Of a stretch of DNA of 64,000 nucleotides, positions 32,052-42,875 are shown in pieces. A program made the translations under genes and the position numbers. The stretch comes from an uncultured Chloroflexia bacterium (GTDB lineage Bacteria > Chloroflexota > Limnocylindria > QHBO01): the NCBI GenBank assembly GCA_963814375.1, contig CAWFCQ010000007.1:32001-96000 (forward strand), written 5' to 3'. The number at the start of each line of letters is the position of its first letter. The first letter of the stretch is position 1. Below the pieces are notes generated by a model. That model worked only from the letters and a program-made list of their open reading frames with translations. It did not search any database and had not been told where the DNA came from.

Positions 32052-32904
32052 GGACCGATGCCTCGCTGCGAACTTCGGATGCGCCGATGGTAGCCAGCAC
32101 ACGGTGGGTGTCGCGCTCTCCGATCGCGACGGCCCGATCGACCTGCCCGAACTGGAGCGCGTTCATCCATCGCAGCTGCGGGGCGATGAGGAGGTCGGGC
32201 GGCTCGGCGACGACCGGATCGGCCCATCGCGCGGTGAGCAGTGCGAGGAAGCGCCGAGCGGTGAGGCGGTCGGCTGGCGTCCCGACGCCCAGGCGCCCGG
32301 AGGCGGTCCGCAGGAAGGCGGCGCCGAACCGGCTGGCGAGGAACGCCGGCTTCGGGATGTCCGCCAGCACGCCGATGACCGGCAGGTTCGGCGCCCATAT
32401 GCGAGCGAGGCTCACCGGGACGCCTTCCCAGGGACCGGCATCGCACCAGACACCATCGGCGTCGCGGCGGGGCGGAAAGAAGAGCGGCACCGCGATGCTC
32501 TTCTCGAGCGCGTCGACCAGGCGACCCGACGTAATCAGCCGAGGCGTGCCGCTGACGAGGTCGAAGGCGGTGATGCCGAACGGGACGGGCAGGTCCTCGA
32601 TCAGCGGATCCCCAAGGTCGGTTGCCATGCGCTCCAGCAGCGGTCGCGGATCGAAGAGGGCGAGCCGTCCGCGGCGCACGAGCCGATAGACCGAGGTCCG
32701 CTTCCCGGCCGCCGCGATCTCATCCGGCGTGCGACCGGCGGCAAGGCCGGCGCCGACGATCGCCCCCATGCTGGTTCCGACGATGCGCTCGGCCCGCAGG
32801 CCGTGAGCGTCGAGCGCGCGCGCGACCCCGACATGGGCCCAGCCGCGTGCGCCGCCGCCCCCGAGGGCGAGGGTGAAGCCATCGGCGAAGGGCGCTTGGC
32901 TCAT
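32041..32904 (-). CDS. Patatin-like phospholipase
   Basis: GGGGARG, GTSMG, DAG. Confidence 0.9.
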   Translation of the reverse strand: MSQAPFADGFTLALGGGGARGWAHVGVARALDAHGLRAERIVGTSMGAIVGAGLAAGRTPDEIAAAGKRTSVYRLVRRGRLALFDPRPLLERMATDLGDPLIEDLPVPFGITAFDLVSGTPRLITSGRLVDALEKSIAVPLFFPPRRDADGVWCDAGPWEGVPVSLARIWAPNLPVIGVLADIPKPAFLASRFGAAFLRTASGRLGVGTPADRLTARRFLALLTARWADPVVAEPPDLLIAPQLRWMNALQFGQVDRAVAIGERDTHRVLATIGASEVRSEASVRAA

Positions 32905-32908
32905 CGGC

Positions 32909-33238
32909 TCAGGAGGCCGCGTGATCCGCGCAATCGCACATGTCGCGCAGCTTCGTGTAGGTGAAGAGGCCCGTGTCGTGCCCGTCGGCCCAGATCGGCG
33001 CGAGCGCGTAGCGACCGATCCAGCGCACCTCGTTCATGTGCGTCTGCCGCTCGTCGAAGGCGGTCTCCAGCGTGACGACGCCGGGCAGGCTTCCCTCGCC
33101 CGCGCACAGCGCGCACGGGCAGGCACGGCGAAGGGCCAGCCACGTCCACTCGCCCAGGTGGCCGTCGTCCCAGCGGATGCGCATCTTCCTCGCCGTCTCG
33201 TCGAGCTCCACGCCGATCGGGTTGACGATGTCGGGCAT
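32909..33238 (-). CDS. DUF971 / GBBH-like N-terminal domain protein
   Basis: LRRACPCALC, GRYAL..WADGHDTGLF. Confidence 0.9.
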   Translation of the reverse strand: MPDIVNPIGVELDETARKMRIRWDDGHLGEWTWLALRRACPCALCAGEGSLPGVVTLETAFDERQTHMNEVRWIGRYALAPIWADGHDTGLFTYTKLRDMCDCADHAAS

Positions 33239-33240
33239 GC

Positions 33241-35455
33241 CTAGGGTGCCTCCCAGCGGGCGGTCGTGCCCAGCCACTCAGCGCCGAAGGCGGCTCCGGT
33301 CGACGTCAGCTGCATGACCGGAACACCATCTCCCAGGTCCCACAGGTAGAGGTTCTGAAGGACGCCGCCGCCGGAGGTCGGCCTGCCCAGGGTGAAGACG
33401 ACGCGCTCCCCGTCGGGCGACCATCGCAGGTGGCTCACGTAGCCGGTCGCGGTCGTCCTCGCGAGTGCTCCCTCCTCGTGATTGGTGAGAGCGATCGCCG
33501 TGACGCCGTCGATGACCTCGAAGGTGACGCGGTGGCGGCCGTCCGGCGACCACAGCAGCGGGAGCGCCTCATCGAGCTCGGTGACCTCGCCGCTGGTGGG
33601 GTCGACCTGCCACGTGCCGCCCGCGAGTGCCCACAGTCGGAGCGATCCATCGTGCATCCAGAAGAGCCTGATGGTCCCGCCGTCGTCACTGAGCTGGGCC
33701 TCGGTGATCGGGGGCTCTGCTTCGATCTGTGGCCTCGGAAACGTGAGGCTGGCGAGCTCGCTCGTGTCGCCTGACGCGTAGTCGATCGCGAGCACGTGCG
33801 CGACATCGTTTGCCCCATCCTGCGTGATGCGCACGGCGTACACGACCGCGGCGTCCTCGCCCGAAGGTGAGCGTCGAGATGCCGTCGCCCAGTCGTCGCT
33901 TCTCCTTGCCCGGCTCGATCGAGACGAGGACGTCAGCGAGGAGGCCGGCTCCGACCGTCCCATCCGGAGACCATGCCATGCGTCGCACGTCGAGGGCCGG
34001 GTCCTGCGCGAGCACCGTGGGATCGGTCGACGTCGTGAAATCGTGGTGGAGGAGGTAGATGGGTGCGAGGGGGGCGGAACGGCCCTGGTAGACCATCTCG
34101 AGCGGGCCGTACACGGGTGGCGGGACGGGGGTCGGCGTCGGAGCCGCCGACCCGCTCGGGACCACGCTCGAGCTGGAGGGTGCGATCGTCGGCTCCGGAC
34201 TTGCCTGCGGGGTCTCGTCGGGTAGTCCGACCAGGGCGCTCGCCGACGGCGTGGGTCCGCTACTGGCCCGCAGGGACCCGTCGCCCGCGAAGATGAGCGC
34301 GAGCAGGACGATGACCATGCCTGCCAGGAGCAGGATGATGCCGATGAGCCACGGCACAGCCTGCTCGGCGGTCGTCGGCGCCGGTACGGCCTCCTCGAGG
34401 GACGCATCGTCGTTGAGAGCCAGCGAGGTGCGGATGTCGCTTGACGTCGGCTCGAGGTCCACCGGCCGGGTCGCTGGCTGCGTCGGCTCCCAGCTCGACG
34501 GCAGCACCTGGGTGGCATCCGATTGGTTCGGCCAGCCATCTTCCAGGAACGGGAACGGGTTCGGCGCGGCTTCCGGTTCCGGCTGCTCCTGCGCCTCCAG
34601 CTCTTCCAGCTCCTCTGGCGCCTCGCGCTCCTCCTGCGCCGGCTCCGCGGACTGAGCCGCAAGCGCTGCGAGGGCGGCAATCGCTGCGGGGTCGTCATCG
34701 GCCTGGACGTCGGGGATGGCCTCAACCCCCTCCCCCACCAGAGTCGCAGGATTCTCTGGCTCGTCCGGCAGCCAATCGGGCTCGATCGGCTCCGGCGGCG
34801 ACTCTGTGATCGGCGACTCCGTAATCGGCGACTCCGCAGCGGCGATGGGTGCCGCCTCGACCTGCGGCGGACCCCACGTCTCCGCCTCCAGCTCGGCGGC
34901 CTGGTCCGATGGGCCGGCGTCGGCCGCCTCGACGGTCCATGGATCGGCCAAAGCGGCAGCGGCCCACGGATCGGCCGTCGCGTCCCACGGCTCTGCCAGG
35001 GGCGCAGCGGGCTCATCGCGGATCGGCTCTTCCGCGGGCTGCTCGTCGAACATTTCCGGCGCCGCTGCTTCGGGCTCGACGACTTCCGGCTCGACGGCGA
35101 CGGACTCGACGGCCGCAGCTTCCGGCGGCGGCTGCCACGCGTCTGCGGCGACGGGCTCGAGCGGCGCTTCCTCGGGGGCCGTGGGCAGGGTCGGATCGTC
35201 ATCGGTCCACGACTCGGCCCACGGATCACTCGATGGGTGGTCTGGCTCCTCGATGACGTAGTCGTCGGAGGGCGCGGGAGAGGAAGGCCACGCGTCCCAG
35301 CCCGAGGCGCTGTCGCTGCGCGACTCCTGCCAGGGGTCGTCGGCGGACCAGGGCTCCGGGCTCGGAGGACTCGACGACGGAGTGTCGAGTTCCTCGGATG
35401 GCCATTCGTCGCCATCCGGCCCGGGGAACGGCGGCCGATCCCAGGGACCGCTCAC
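33241..35455 (-). CDS. Membrane protein: acidic Trp/Pro-rich disordered N-terminus, one TM, TolB-like propeller; frameshift ~33860
   Basis: DPW/EPW repeats; VPWLIGIILLLAGMVIVLLALIF; WSPDG x3. Confidence 0.7.
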
Positions 35456-36375
35456 TCGCGGGCCCCGCTGGGTGCACGGCTCACCGCGGAATCATACCGA
35501 ATGGTGACGACAATGATCCCGAGGACCACCAGCGCGGTGCCCATGGCCAGGCGCGGATCCATCTGCTCACCGAGGAGCAGCACCCCGATCGCGACCCCAA
35601 CCACCGGGAACATATAGGTCACCATCACCGCCATCGTGGCGCCGATCTGCTCGATCAGGAAGAAGTAGAGCACGTAGGCGACGAAGGAGCCGAGCAGTCC
35701 GAGCCACAGGACGGCAAGGACGGTATCGGGCTCCATCGGGACGATGAGGCCGCCATCGGCCAGGAGGGCGAGGATCCACATGTCGATCGCCGCGAAGATG
35801 AGGGTTCCCGCCGCCACCACGTAGCGGTGCGTGCTTCGGATCTGGTAGCGCGAGTAGGACGCGCCGACGGCGTAGGAGAAGGCCGCGAGAACGATCGCCA
35901 GGGCGCCGATGAGTCCGGACGGGCCTGCCCGCAGATCGAGCTCCCGGCTCGCCAGGAGCGCGGCGCCGACGAAGCCGAGCACGAGACCGGTGACGCGCAG
36001 GGCGGTGACCGGCTCGGTCTTCAGGGCGACACCGGCGATGACGAGGCTGAAGATCGGAACGAGCGAGTTGAGCACGGCCGCCGTGCCGGAGTCGACGAAC
36101 AGCTCGCCCCAGCTGATGAGGAAGATCGGGATCGCGGCGTTGACGGTGCCGAGAACGAGGAGCGGAAACCAGTCGCCGGCGCGGCGCGGCATCGGCACGC
36201 GAAGGATCGCCAGCAGCACCAGCATCCCGATCGCACCGAGGGTCATGCGCCAGGCAACGAGCGTGGCGGGCGGGATCTCTTCCACGGCGATCTTGATCCA
36301 CGCGAACGACGATCCCCAGATCAGGCCGAGGAGGACGAAGGCAGCCGGAATCAGCCAGCGCGACGTGGAGGCCAT
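35452..36375 (-). CDS. EamA/DMT transporter
   Basis: IWGSSF; two EamA repeats. Confidence 0.92.
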   Translation of the reverse strand: MASTSRWLIPAAFVLLGLIWGSSFAWIKIAVEEIPPATLVAWRMTLGAIGMLVLLAILRVPMPRRAGDWFPLLVLGTVNAAIPIFLISWGELFVDSGTAAVLNSLVPIFSLVIAGVALKTEPVTALRVTGLVLGFVGAALLASRELDLRAGPSGLIGALAIVLAAFSYAVGASYSRYQIRSTHRYVVAAGTLIFAAIDMWILALLADGGLIVPMEPDTVLAVLWLGLLGSFVAYVLYFFLIEQIGATMAVMVTYMFPVVGVAIGVLLLGEQMDPRLAMGTALVVLGIIVVTIRYDSAVSRAPSGARE

Positions 36376-36430
36376 CGAAGAAGGCTACCCGACCGATCCC
36401 GGTGACGCCGGTAGCCGGGTTGGAACGCGC

Positions 36431-37453
36431 CTACGGGACGATCGTCGCCTCGTCGGGCAATCCAACCTCCGCCAGCGCTTCCTCGGTGATCGGCTCCATC
36501 GCCAGCCGCTCCGCGAGCCAGACCGCTCGGTCGGCGACCGCATCGGCGTCGAGAGCGTGGGCGGCCGGATAGCTGTCGATGCGTGTTCCGGCCGGAGCCG
36601 CCGCGACCCATTCCTCGATGTCGCTCGCGACGACCACGTCGTCCGCGGTGCCGAACTGGAGATAGAGCGCGTCGGGATCGGCGCCGCCCACCGCCGGGAC
36701 CGCGTCGAACGGCTCCATCGCGGCCAGGTACGCCTCCCAGCCGTCATCGCCGACGACCGAGCGCACGCCGGCGAACTCGTCGGCGCTGCGCCGCAGGAAT
36801 CCGGTCCAGCTCGGACGGCCGGTGATCGCCACCGTCGCCGCGAAGGGGCCGCCCGTGCCTGCCAGCACCGCGCCCAGGGACGCACCCCACGAGTGGCCCA
36901 CGAAGCCGATGCGCTCGGGGTCGACCTCGGGCCGCTCGGCGAGCACCTGCCACGCGCCGGCCAGGTCGTCCAGGGTCTGCTGGGTCAGCGCCGCCTCGGC
37001 ATCGGGCTCGAAGTAGTTCCCCAGCGTCCCGGTACGGCTGTCGCCCTCGCGGGCAAACGGGGCGTCGATGGTCAGTGCCACCGCGCCACCCGAGGCCATC
37101 GCGATCGCCTCGTCGAGGAAGTCGTCGCGGTCCGTCTCGCTGCCGTGGAGGTAGACGATGCCCGCGTGTGGCCCGGTCCCCTCCGGCACGACCATCCAAC
37201 CGGAGACGCGTCCCCCGCCGGTGCTGGCATAGCTGACGTCGTACAGGGTCGCGCCCTCAAGCTCGGCGCGGACCGACTCCTCGACGGCGAGCGATGCAGG
37301 ACCGGAGGGCGATGGCGGCATGGTCGGTTCCTCCGAGGCTGCGGCCGACGCAGCGTTCGACGCTGGCGAGGCGCTAGGATCGGCGGCGGCGGCGCACGCC
37401 GCGAGGGCCAGGGTGAGGACGGCCGCGGTCGCGGCGGTTGCTCGGCTGCGCAT
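36431..37453 (-). CDS. Alpha/beta hydrolase lipoprotein
   Basis: Lipobox LAAC; YLHG; GHSWG; GTADDVV; H. Confidence 0.85.
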   Translation of the reverse strand: MRSRATAATAAVLTLALAACAAAADPSASPASNAASAAASEEPTMPPSPSGPASLAVEESVRAELEGATLYDVSYASTGGGRVSGWMVVPEGTGPHAGIVYLHGSETDRDDFLDEAIAMASGGAVALTIDAPFAREGDSRTGTLGNYFEPDAEAALTQQTLDDLAGAWQVLAERPEVDPERIGFVGHSWGASLGAVLAGTGGPFAATVAITGRPSWTGFLRRSADEFAGVRSVVGDDGWEAYLAAMEPFDAVPAVGGADPDALYLQFGTADDVVVASDIEEWVAAAPAGTRIDSYPAAHALDADAVADRAVWLAERLAMEPITEEALAEVGLPDEATIVP

Positions 37454-37475
37454 GATGGTGGAGAATATTCCATCA

Positions 37476-38007
37476 ATGGAGAAGCGTCAACCATCTGAAC
37501 GCGAGGTGCCGGCCGCGGAACGCGACGCGACACCGTCGGAGGCGCGCGCCCTGGCGCATCCATTGCGCCTCCGCATTCTCCGCCTGTGCATCGACGAGGC
37601 CCTGACGAACCGCGAGCTTGCGCTCCGTCTCGGCCGTGACCCCGGCACGACCCTCTACCACGTGCGAAAGCTCGTCGAGCTCGGCTTCCTGAAGGCGGAG
37701 CCGATGCGCCGCGCCGCGTCGGGGCACCTGGAGCAGCCCTACCTCATCACCGGCAAGTCGTGGATGCTGCGGGTCTCGAAGGCCCCCTCGTACTCGACTG
37801 CCGTGCTCGACGCGGTTCGCGACGAGCTGGCAGAGGCAGGCCCGCGGGCAGCGATCAGCACCACGCGCCTCGGGGTGCGGCTGACCGACGCGGACATCCG
37901 CGAGCTGCGGAGGCGGCTGGACGATCTCGCCGGCGACTTCGCCGCACGCGACGACGCCCGGGACGCCCGTCGGGATGCTGCTGATGGCGCACCGCCGTCG
38001 CCGGTAG
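37476..38007 (+). CDS. ArsR-like winged-helix regulator, frameshift ~37960
   Basis: ALAHPLRLRIL, YHVRKLVELGFL; divergent from the hydrolase with a 22-bp gap. Confidence 0.8.
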
Positions 38008-38034
38008 CGCATCGCCGGTCGACTAGCGCGTTTG

Positions 38035-38208
38035 CGATTTATCACGGCCGATGCACCAGAACCCCGTTTCGGGCGCGGTTCTCGCGATCTATCGCGGCCT
38101 CGCGCGCACAAGCGTCACCTCGGGGCGCGCCTCAGGCGTGCCGGCTCGCGATCCATCGCGAGAACGCAGCCCCGACGGCCGCTGCGGTGAAGTGGCCGCG
38201 ATCCATCG
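38035..38208 (+). repeat. ~170-bp symmetric non-coding element, copy 1
   Basis: Colinear with the reverse complement of 42876-43048; four CGAT-NN-ATCG-type boxes at 38035, 38085, 38149, 38199. Confidence 0.85.
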
Positions 38209-38221
38209 CGACGCGCCCAGG

Positions 38222-38425
38222 TCAGTCGGAGGCGGCCCACATGATGGCGCCGACGGTGAAGACGCCGGCCACGAGTCCGATGAAGGCGGCAGTCCCTTCC
38301 GGGCCCTGCCCTTCCACGGTCGGCACCGCTGCGTTGAGGACGGGCAGGAAGATCACCATGTAGGCGAGCCACAGGACGGTGGCGACGCTCGCGATGATGA
38401 CGCGCCGGCTGCGATCACGGACCAT
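38222..38425 (-). CDS. Small two-TM membrane protein
   Basis: 67 aa, two hydrophobic helices; TAGGAT 8 nt before ATG. Confidence 0.55.
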   Translation of the reverse strand: MVRDRSRRVIIASVATVLWLAYMVIFLPVLNAAVPTVEGQGPEGTAAFIGLVAGVFTVGAIMWAASD

Positions 38426-38449
38426 GCCGGCCGATCCTAGCAGACCGAT

Positions 38450-39208
38450 TCAGCCGGTCGCCGCGAGCCGAGCCCGCTCCGGCACGCGATGGAAGAGCGC
38501 GGGATCGGCACGCCCCTCCAGCATGCGCAGCTTCGCCGCGGCGACCAATCCGAGCGTCACCTCGCGACCGTCGTCGGCGCCGCCATCGATGCGCCGGAGC
38601 GTCATCGTGCCGATGTGCCCGGCCACCTCGAGGACGGTGAAGGAGTTGCCCGGCCGGATCCCGTTCTCCTGGAGGAAGGTCAGGAGCATGGCATCCTCCT
38701 CGGCCTCCTCGGTGACGCGAAGGATGGTGACCTCGTTGCCCTCCCCTGCCTCGGAGAGCGCGAGGCCGGCGGGACGCTCCGGGGTATGCCCGTCGCGCGG
38801 GATCGGGTTGCCGTGGGGGCAGGTCGGTGGGCGGCCCAGCAGCTCGTCGATGCGATCGGTGACGCGGTCGCTGAACGCGTTCTGGAGGTGGTGCGCCTCC
38901 TCGTCCGCCTCCGCCCAACCGAGGCCGATCACCTCGGTCAGCAGCCACTCGCTGAGGGCGTGGCGACGGAACGTCCGCTCGGCCGCTGCACGGCCGCGGT
39001 CGGTCAGGTTGAGCTGGCGCGTCTCGGCGTCGACGCTGAGGAGGTCCTCGCGCACCAGTCTGTTCACCATCTCGCTGACCGTCGCGGCGCTGACTCCCAG
39101 GCGCTCGGCGACGCGCGCGGCGATGACCGGCTGACCCTCGCCGTGCATGTAGCGAATCACCATGAGGTACTCGGCCGCGGCGTCGGTCGGATCCTCTCGG
39201 GTCGCCAT
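38450..39208 (-). CDS. DtxR/IdeR/MntR metal-dependent regulator with FeoA domain
   Basis: VSAATVSEM, RRHALSE, EAHHLQ, PPTCPHGNPIP. Confidence 0.9.
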   Translation of the reverse strand: MATREDPTDAAAEYLMVIRYMHGEGQPVIAARVAERLGVSAATVSEMVNRLVREDLLSVDAETRQLNLTDRGRAAAERTFRRHALSEWLLTEVIGLGWAEADEEAHHLQNAFSDRVTDRIDELLGRPPTCPHGNPIPRDGHTPERPAGLALSEAGEGNEVTILRVTEEAEEDAMLLTFLQENGIRPGNSFTVLEVAGHIGTMTLRRIDGGADDGREVTLGLVAAAKLRMLEGRADPALFHRVPERARLAATG

Positions 39209-39217
39209 CGCTCGCGA

Positions 39218-41188
39218 CTACTCCTCGCCGGAGCCCGACTGGTCGCGGATCGTGTTGACCACGTTCGCATCGGCCAGGGTGGTGACGTCCCCGAGGTCCC
39301 GCTGCTCGGCGATGTCGCGCAGCAGGCGGCGCATGATCTTGCCCGACCGCGTCTTCGGCAGGTCCGGCGTGAAGAGGATCTGCTTGGGACGGGCGAACTT
39401 GCCGATGGTGTCGGCCACGTGCTCGCGCAGCTCGACGCCGAGCTCGTCGGACGCCTCGAATCCCGCGCGCAGGATGACGTAGCTGAAGATCGCCTGGCCG
39501 GTGAGCGGATCGCTGCGGCCCACGACGGCCGCCTCGGCAACCGAGGGATGCGAGACGAGCGCCGACTCGACCTCGGTGGTCGAGATGCGGTGACCGGAGA
39601 CGTTCATCACGTCGTCGACGCGACCGAGCAGCCAGTAGTAGCCGTCGTCGTCGCGCTTGCACCCGTCGCCGGGGAAGTAGCGGCCGGGATAGCGCGACCA
39701 GTAGGTCTGCTCGTAGCGCTCCGGATCGCCGTAGATGCCGCGCAGCATCGCCGGCCACGGGCGCTCGAGCACGAGGTAGCCGCCGCTCCCCAGCGGCACC
39801 GAGCCGCCGGCCTCGTCGACGACATCGGCGGCGACGCCGGGGAACGGGAAGGTGGCGCTTCCCGGCTTGAGGGTGGTGATGCCGGGCAGCGGCGTGATCA
39901 TGATCATGCCGGTCTCGGTCTGCCACCACGTGTCGACCACCGGGCAGCGCTCGCCGCCGATGTACTTCCAGTACCAGGCCCACGCCTCGGGGTTGATCGG
40001 CTCGCCGACGCTGCCGAGGAGACGCAGCGACGAGAGGTCGTCGTTCTCGAACTCGGTGTGGCCGTACTTCATCAGCGCGCGGATGGCGGTCGGCGCGGTG
40101 TAGAGGATCGTGGCCCTGTACTTCGCCGCGATCTGCGCCCATCGGTCCTTGTCGGGGAAGTCGATGGCGCCCTCGTAGATGATCCCGGTCGTCCCATTCG
40201 CGAGCGGCCCGTAGACGATGTAGCTGTGGCCGGTGACCCATCCGATGTCGGCCATGCACCAGTAGACGTCCGTCTCGGGATGGAGGTCGAAGATGTACCG
40301 ATGCGTCGCGCTCACGCCGGCGAGGTAGCCGCCGGTCGTGTGCATGATCCCCTTCGGCTTGGCCGTGGTGCCGGAGGTGTAGAGCAGGTAGAGGAGGTCC
40401 TCGGAGTCCATCGGCTCCGGGTCGGCGGTTGTGGGCTGGCCCTCGATGAGCTCGTGATACCAATGGTCGCGCGACTCGTCCCAGGCGACCTCGTCGCCGG
40501 TGCGCTTCACCACCACGCAGTGCTGCACCGATGACGTCCGGCCGATCGCCTCGTCGGCCGCCTTCTTGAGCTGGACGGTCGCGCCCTTGCGGTAGCCGCC
40601 GTCGGCCGTGATGACGACGCTGCACTCGGCGTCGTCGATGCGGTCGGCCAGGGCATCGGCGCTGAAGCCGCCGAAGACGACCGAATGCGCCGCGCCGATG
40701 CGGGTGCAGGCCAGCATCGCGACCGGCAGCTCCGGGATCATGGGCATGTAGATGGCGATCCGGTCGCCCTTCTTCACGCCGAGCCCGCGCAGCGCGTTCG
40801 TGAAGCGGCACACCTCCTCGAGCAGCTGCTCGTAGGTGATCGTGCGGGTGTCGCCCGGCTCGCCCTCCCAGTGGTAGGCGACGCGGTCGCCGAGGCCGGC
40901 GGCGACATGGCGGTCGAGGCAGTTGACGCTGACGTTGAGCTTGCCGCCGATGAACCACTTCGCATACGGCACGTCCCACGTGTAGAGCTCGCTCCACGGC
41001 TCCATCCAGTCGAGCCGGTTGCCCTCCTCGGCCCAGAAGGCGCGGAAGCCGTCCTCGGTGGCGGTGCGGTCGAAGATGCCCGGATCGGTCATGACGGCGT
41101 TCGCCACGAACTCCGGCGACGGCGCAAACGTGCGGTCCTCGCGCAGGAGGTTCTCGATCGTCGCCTCGATGTGCTCTTCAGTCGTCAT
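39218..41188 (-). CDS. acs: Acetyl-CoA synthetase
   Basis: YTSGTTAKPKG, GEPIN, DTWWQTETG, PKTRSGKIMRR. Confidence 0.97.
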   Translation of the reverse strand: MTTEEHIEATIENLLREDRTFAPSPEFVANAVMTDPGIFDRTATEDGFRAFWAEEGNRLDWMEPWSELYTWDVPYAKWFIGGKLNVSVNCLDRHVAAGLGDRVAYHWEGEPGDTRTITYEQLLEEVCRFTNALRGLGVKKGDRIAIYMPMIPELPVAMLACTRIGAAHSVVFGGFSADALADRIDDAECSVVITADGGYRKGATVQLKKAADEAIGRTSSVQHCVVVKRTGDEVAWDESRDHWYHELIEGQPTTADPEPMDSEDLLYLLYTSGTTAKPKGIMHTTGGYLAGVSATHRYIFDLHPETDVYWCMADIGWVTGHSYIVYGPLANGTTGIIYEGAIDFPDKDRWAQIAAKYRATILYTAPTAIRALMKYGHTEFENDDLSSLRLLGSVGEPINPEAWAWYWKYIGGERCPVVDTWWQTETGMIMITPLPGITTLKPGSATFPFPGVAADVVDEAGGSVPLGSGGYLVLERPWPAMLRGIYGDPERYEQTYWSRYPGRYFPGDGCKRDDDGYYWLLGRVDDVMNVSGHRISTTEVESALVSHPSVAEAAVVGRSDPLTGQAIFSYVILRAGFEASDELGVELREHVADTIGKFARPKQILFTPDLPKTRSGKIMRRLLRDIAEQRDLGDVTTLADANVVNTIRDQSGSGEE

Positions 41189-41221
41189 GCACCGATTCTA
41201 GTGCCGGTCTGGCGGCCGATT

Positions 41222-41237
41222 CGGCACGCGCCATGCA
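41222..41237 (+). promoter_or_regulatory. sigma54-like -24/-12 element
   Basis: CGGCACGcgccATGCA, GG-N10-GC, about 45 nt before TTG start. Confidence 0.45.
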
Positions 41238-41280
41238 CGCATCGAGCGCGAGGCCCGAGCTCAGCTGGAGGTGAGGACTC

Positions 41281-42793
41281 TTGGCCACCATCACCGCGCC
41301 CAACGTAGGATCCGAAGCACGGACCTACGACTACAAGATCCCATTCGTGATCGGCGCATCCGCCATCGGCACGGTCATCGAGTGGTACGACTTCTACCTG
41401 TACGCCGTGCTCGCCACCTTCCTGGCGCCGATCTTCTTCCCCGGCGACCCGACGGCACAGGTGCTGAGCGCGCTGGCGACATTCGGCGCCGGCTTCGCGG
41501 TACGGCCGTTCGGCGCGATCGTGTTCGGTCGCATCGGTGACAAGACCGGCCGCAAGGTCGCGTTCCTGCTCACGGTCGCGATCATGGGTGGAGCGACCGT
41601 CCTGGTCGGGTTGCTCCCGGGGTACGCCCAGATCGGCATCCTCGCGCCGATCATCCTCGTCACGCTCCGGATGCTGCAGGGCCTCGCGCTCGGTGGCGAG
41701 TACGGCGGCGCGGCGATCTACGTCGCAGAGCACGCGCCGGATCGGAAGCGCGGGCAGTACACGTCGTGGATCCAGACAACGGCGACTGTCGGGCTTTTCC
41801 TTGCCCTCGCCGTGATCCTCTTCTTCCGCGTCACTCTCGGTGACGAGGTGTTCGCAGCGTGGGGCTGGCGCATCCCGTTCCTGCTGTCGGCGGTGCTCGT
41901 GATCGGCGCGCTCTACATTCGCCTGCGGCTGCAGGAGACGCCCGCTCTTCACGCGGGCCAAGGAGCAGGGCAAGACGTCCGAGTCCCCGCTCAAGGACAG
42001 CCTGGGCAACCGCCGCAACTGGGGGCTCATCCTGCTCGCCCTCTTCGGCATGACGGCCGGACAGGCGGTGGTCTGGTACACGGGCCAGTTCTACGCGCTG
42101 TCGTTCATGACCGGCCCGCTGGGCGTCGGCTTCGTTGACGCCTACACGGTCATGCTCATCGCGATCGCGCTGGCGACACCGCTCTTCATCTTCTTCGGCT
42201 GGCTGTCCGACAAGATCGGACGCAAGCCGATCATCCTCGGCGGCTGCCTGCTGGCGGCGCTCGCCTACTTCCCGATCTTCAACGCGATGAAGGGCTTCGC
42301 CAATCCGATCGCGGAGAGCGATCCGGCGACGCCGGCCATCGCGGTGGCCCAGGACCCGAACCTCTTCGGCCTGACTGCGATGGTGTTCATCATGATCGTG
42401 CTCGTCACGATGGTGTACGGGCCGATCGCCGCCTTCCTGGTCGAGTTCTTCCCGACGCGGGTGCGCTACACGTCGCTCTCGCTTCCCTACCACCTCGGAA
42501 ACGGTGAGTTCGGCGGCTGGCTGCCGTTCATCGCCACGGCGATGACCGCCGCGGCCGTGGCCGGCGGCATGTTCGCGGGGCTGGCAACCGTCACGCCTGG
42601 CGGCGCCATGTTCGTCGGACTCTGGTATCCGATCGCCGTGGCGGTGATGACGCTCATCATCGGCGGCCTCTGGATCCGGGAGACGAAGGACGTCCGGATC
42701 TGGGACGAGGTCGGCGGCCACCACGACGAGGTGGATGTCGAGCCGACGACGACCCACGAGGACGCACGGACCGGCGGCGCACTCGCCGGCTGA
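41281..42793 (+). CDS. MFS transporter, MHS family, frameshift ~41945
   Basis: IEWYDF, RPFGAIVFGRIGDKTGRK, GGEYGG, VRYTSLSLPYHLGNG. Confidence 0.9.
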
Positions 42794-42808
42794 CCCTCCT
42801 CCGCCCTG

Positions 42809-42837
42809 GAGGCCGGCGGCTCCGCCGCCGGTCTCTT
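42809..42837 (+). terminator. Probable terminator hairpin
   Basis: GAGGCCGGCGGC-TCC-GCCGCCGGTCTC-TT after the MFS stop. Confidence 0.6.
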
Positions 42838-42875
42838 GGTGTCCGCGAGCCACGATCTGATCTCGTCGGCGGCCT

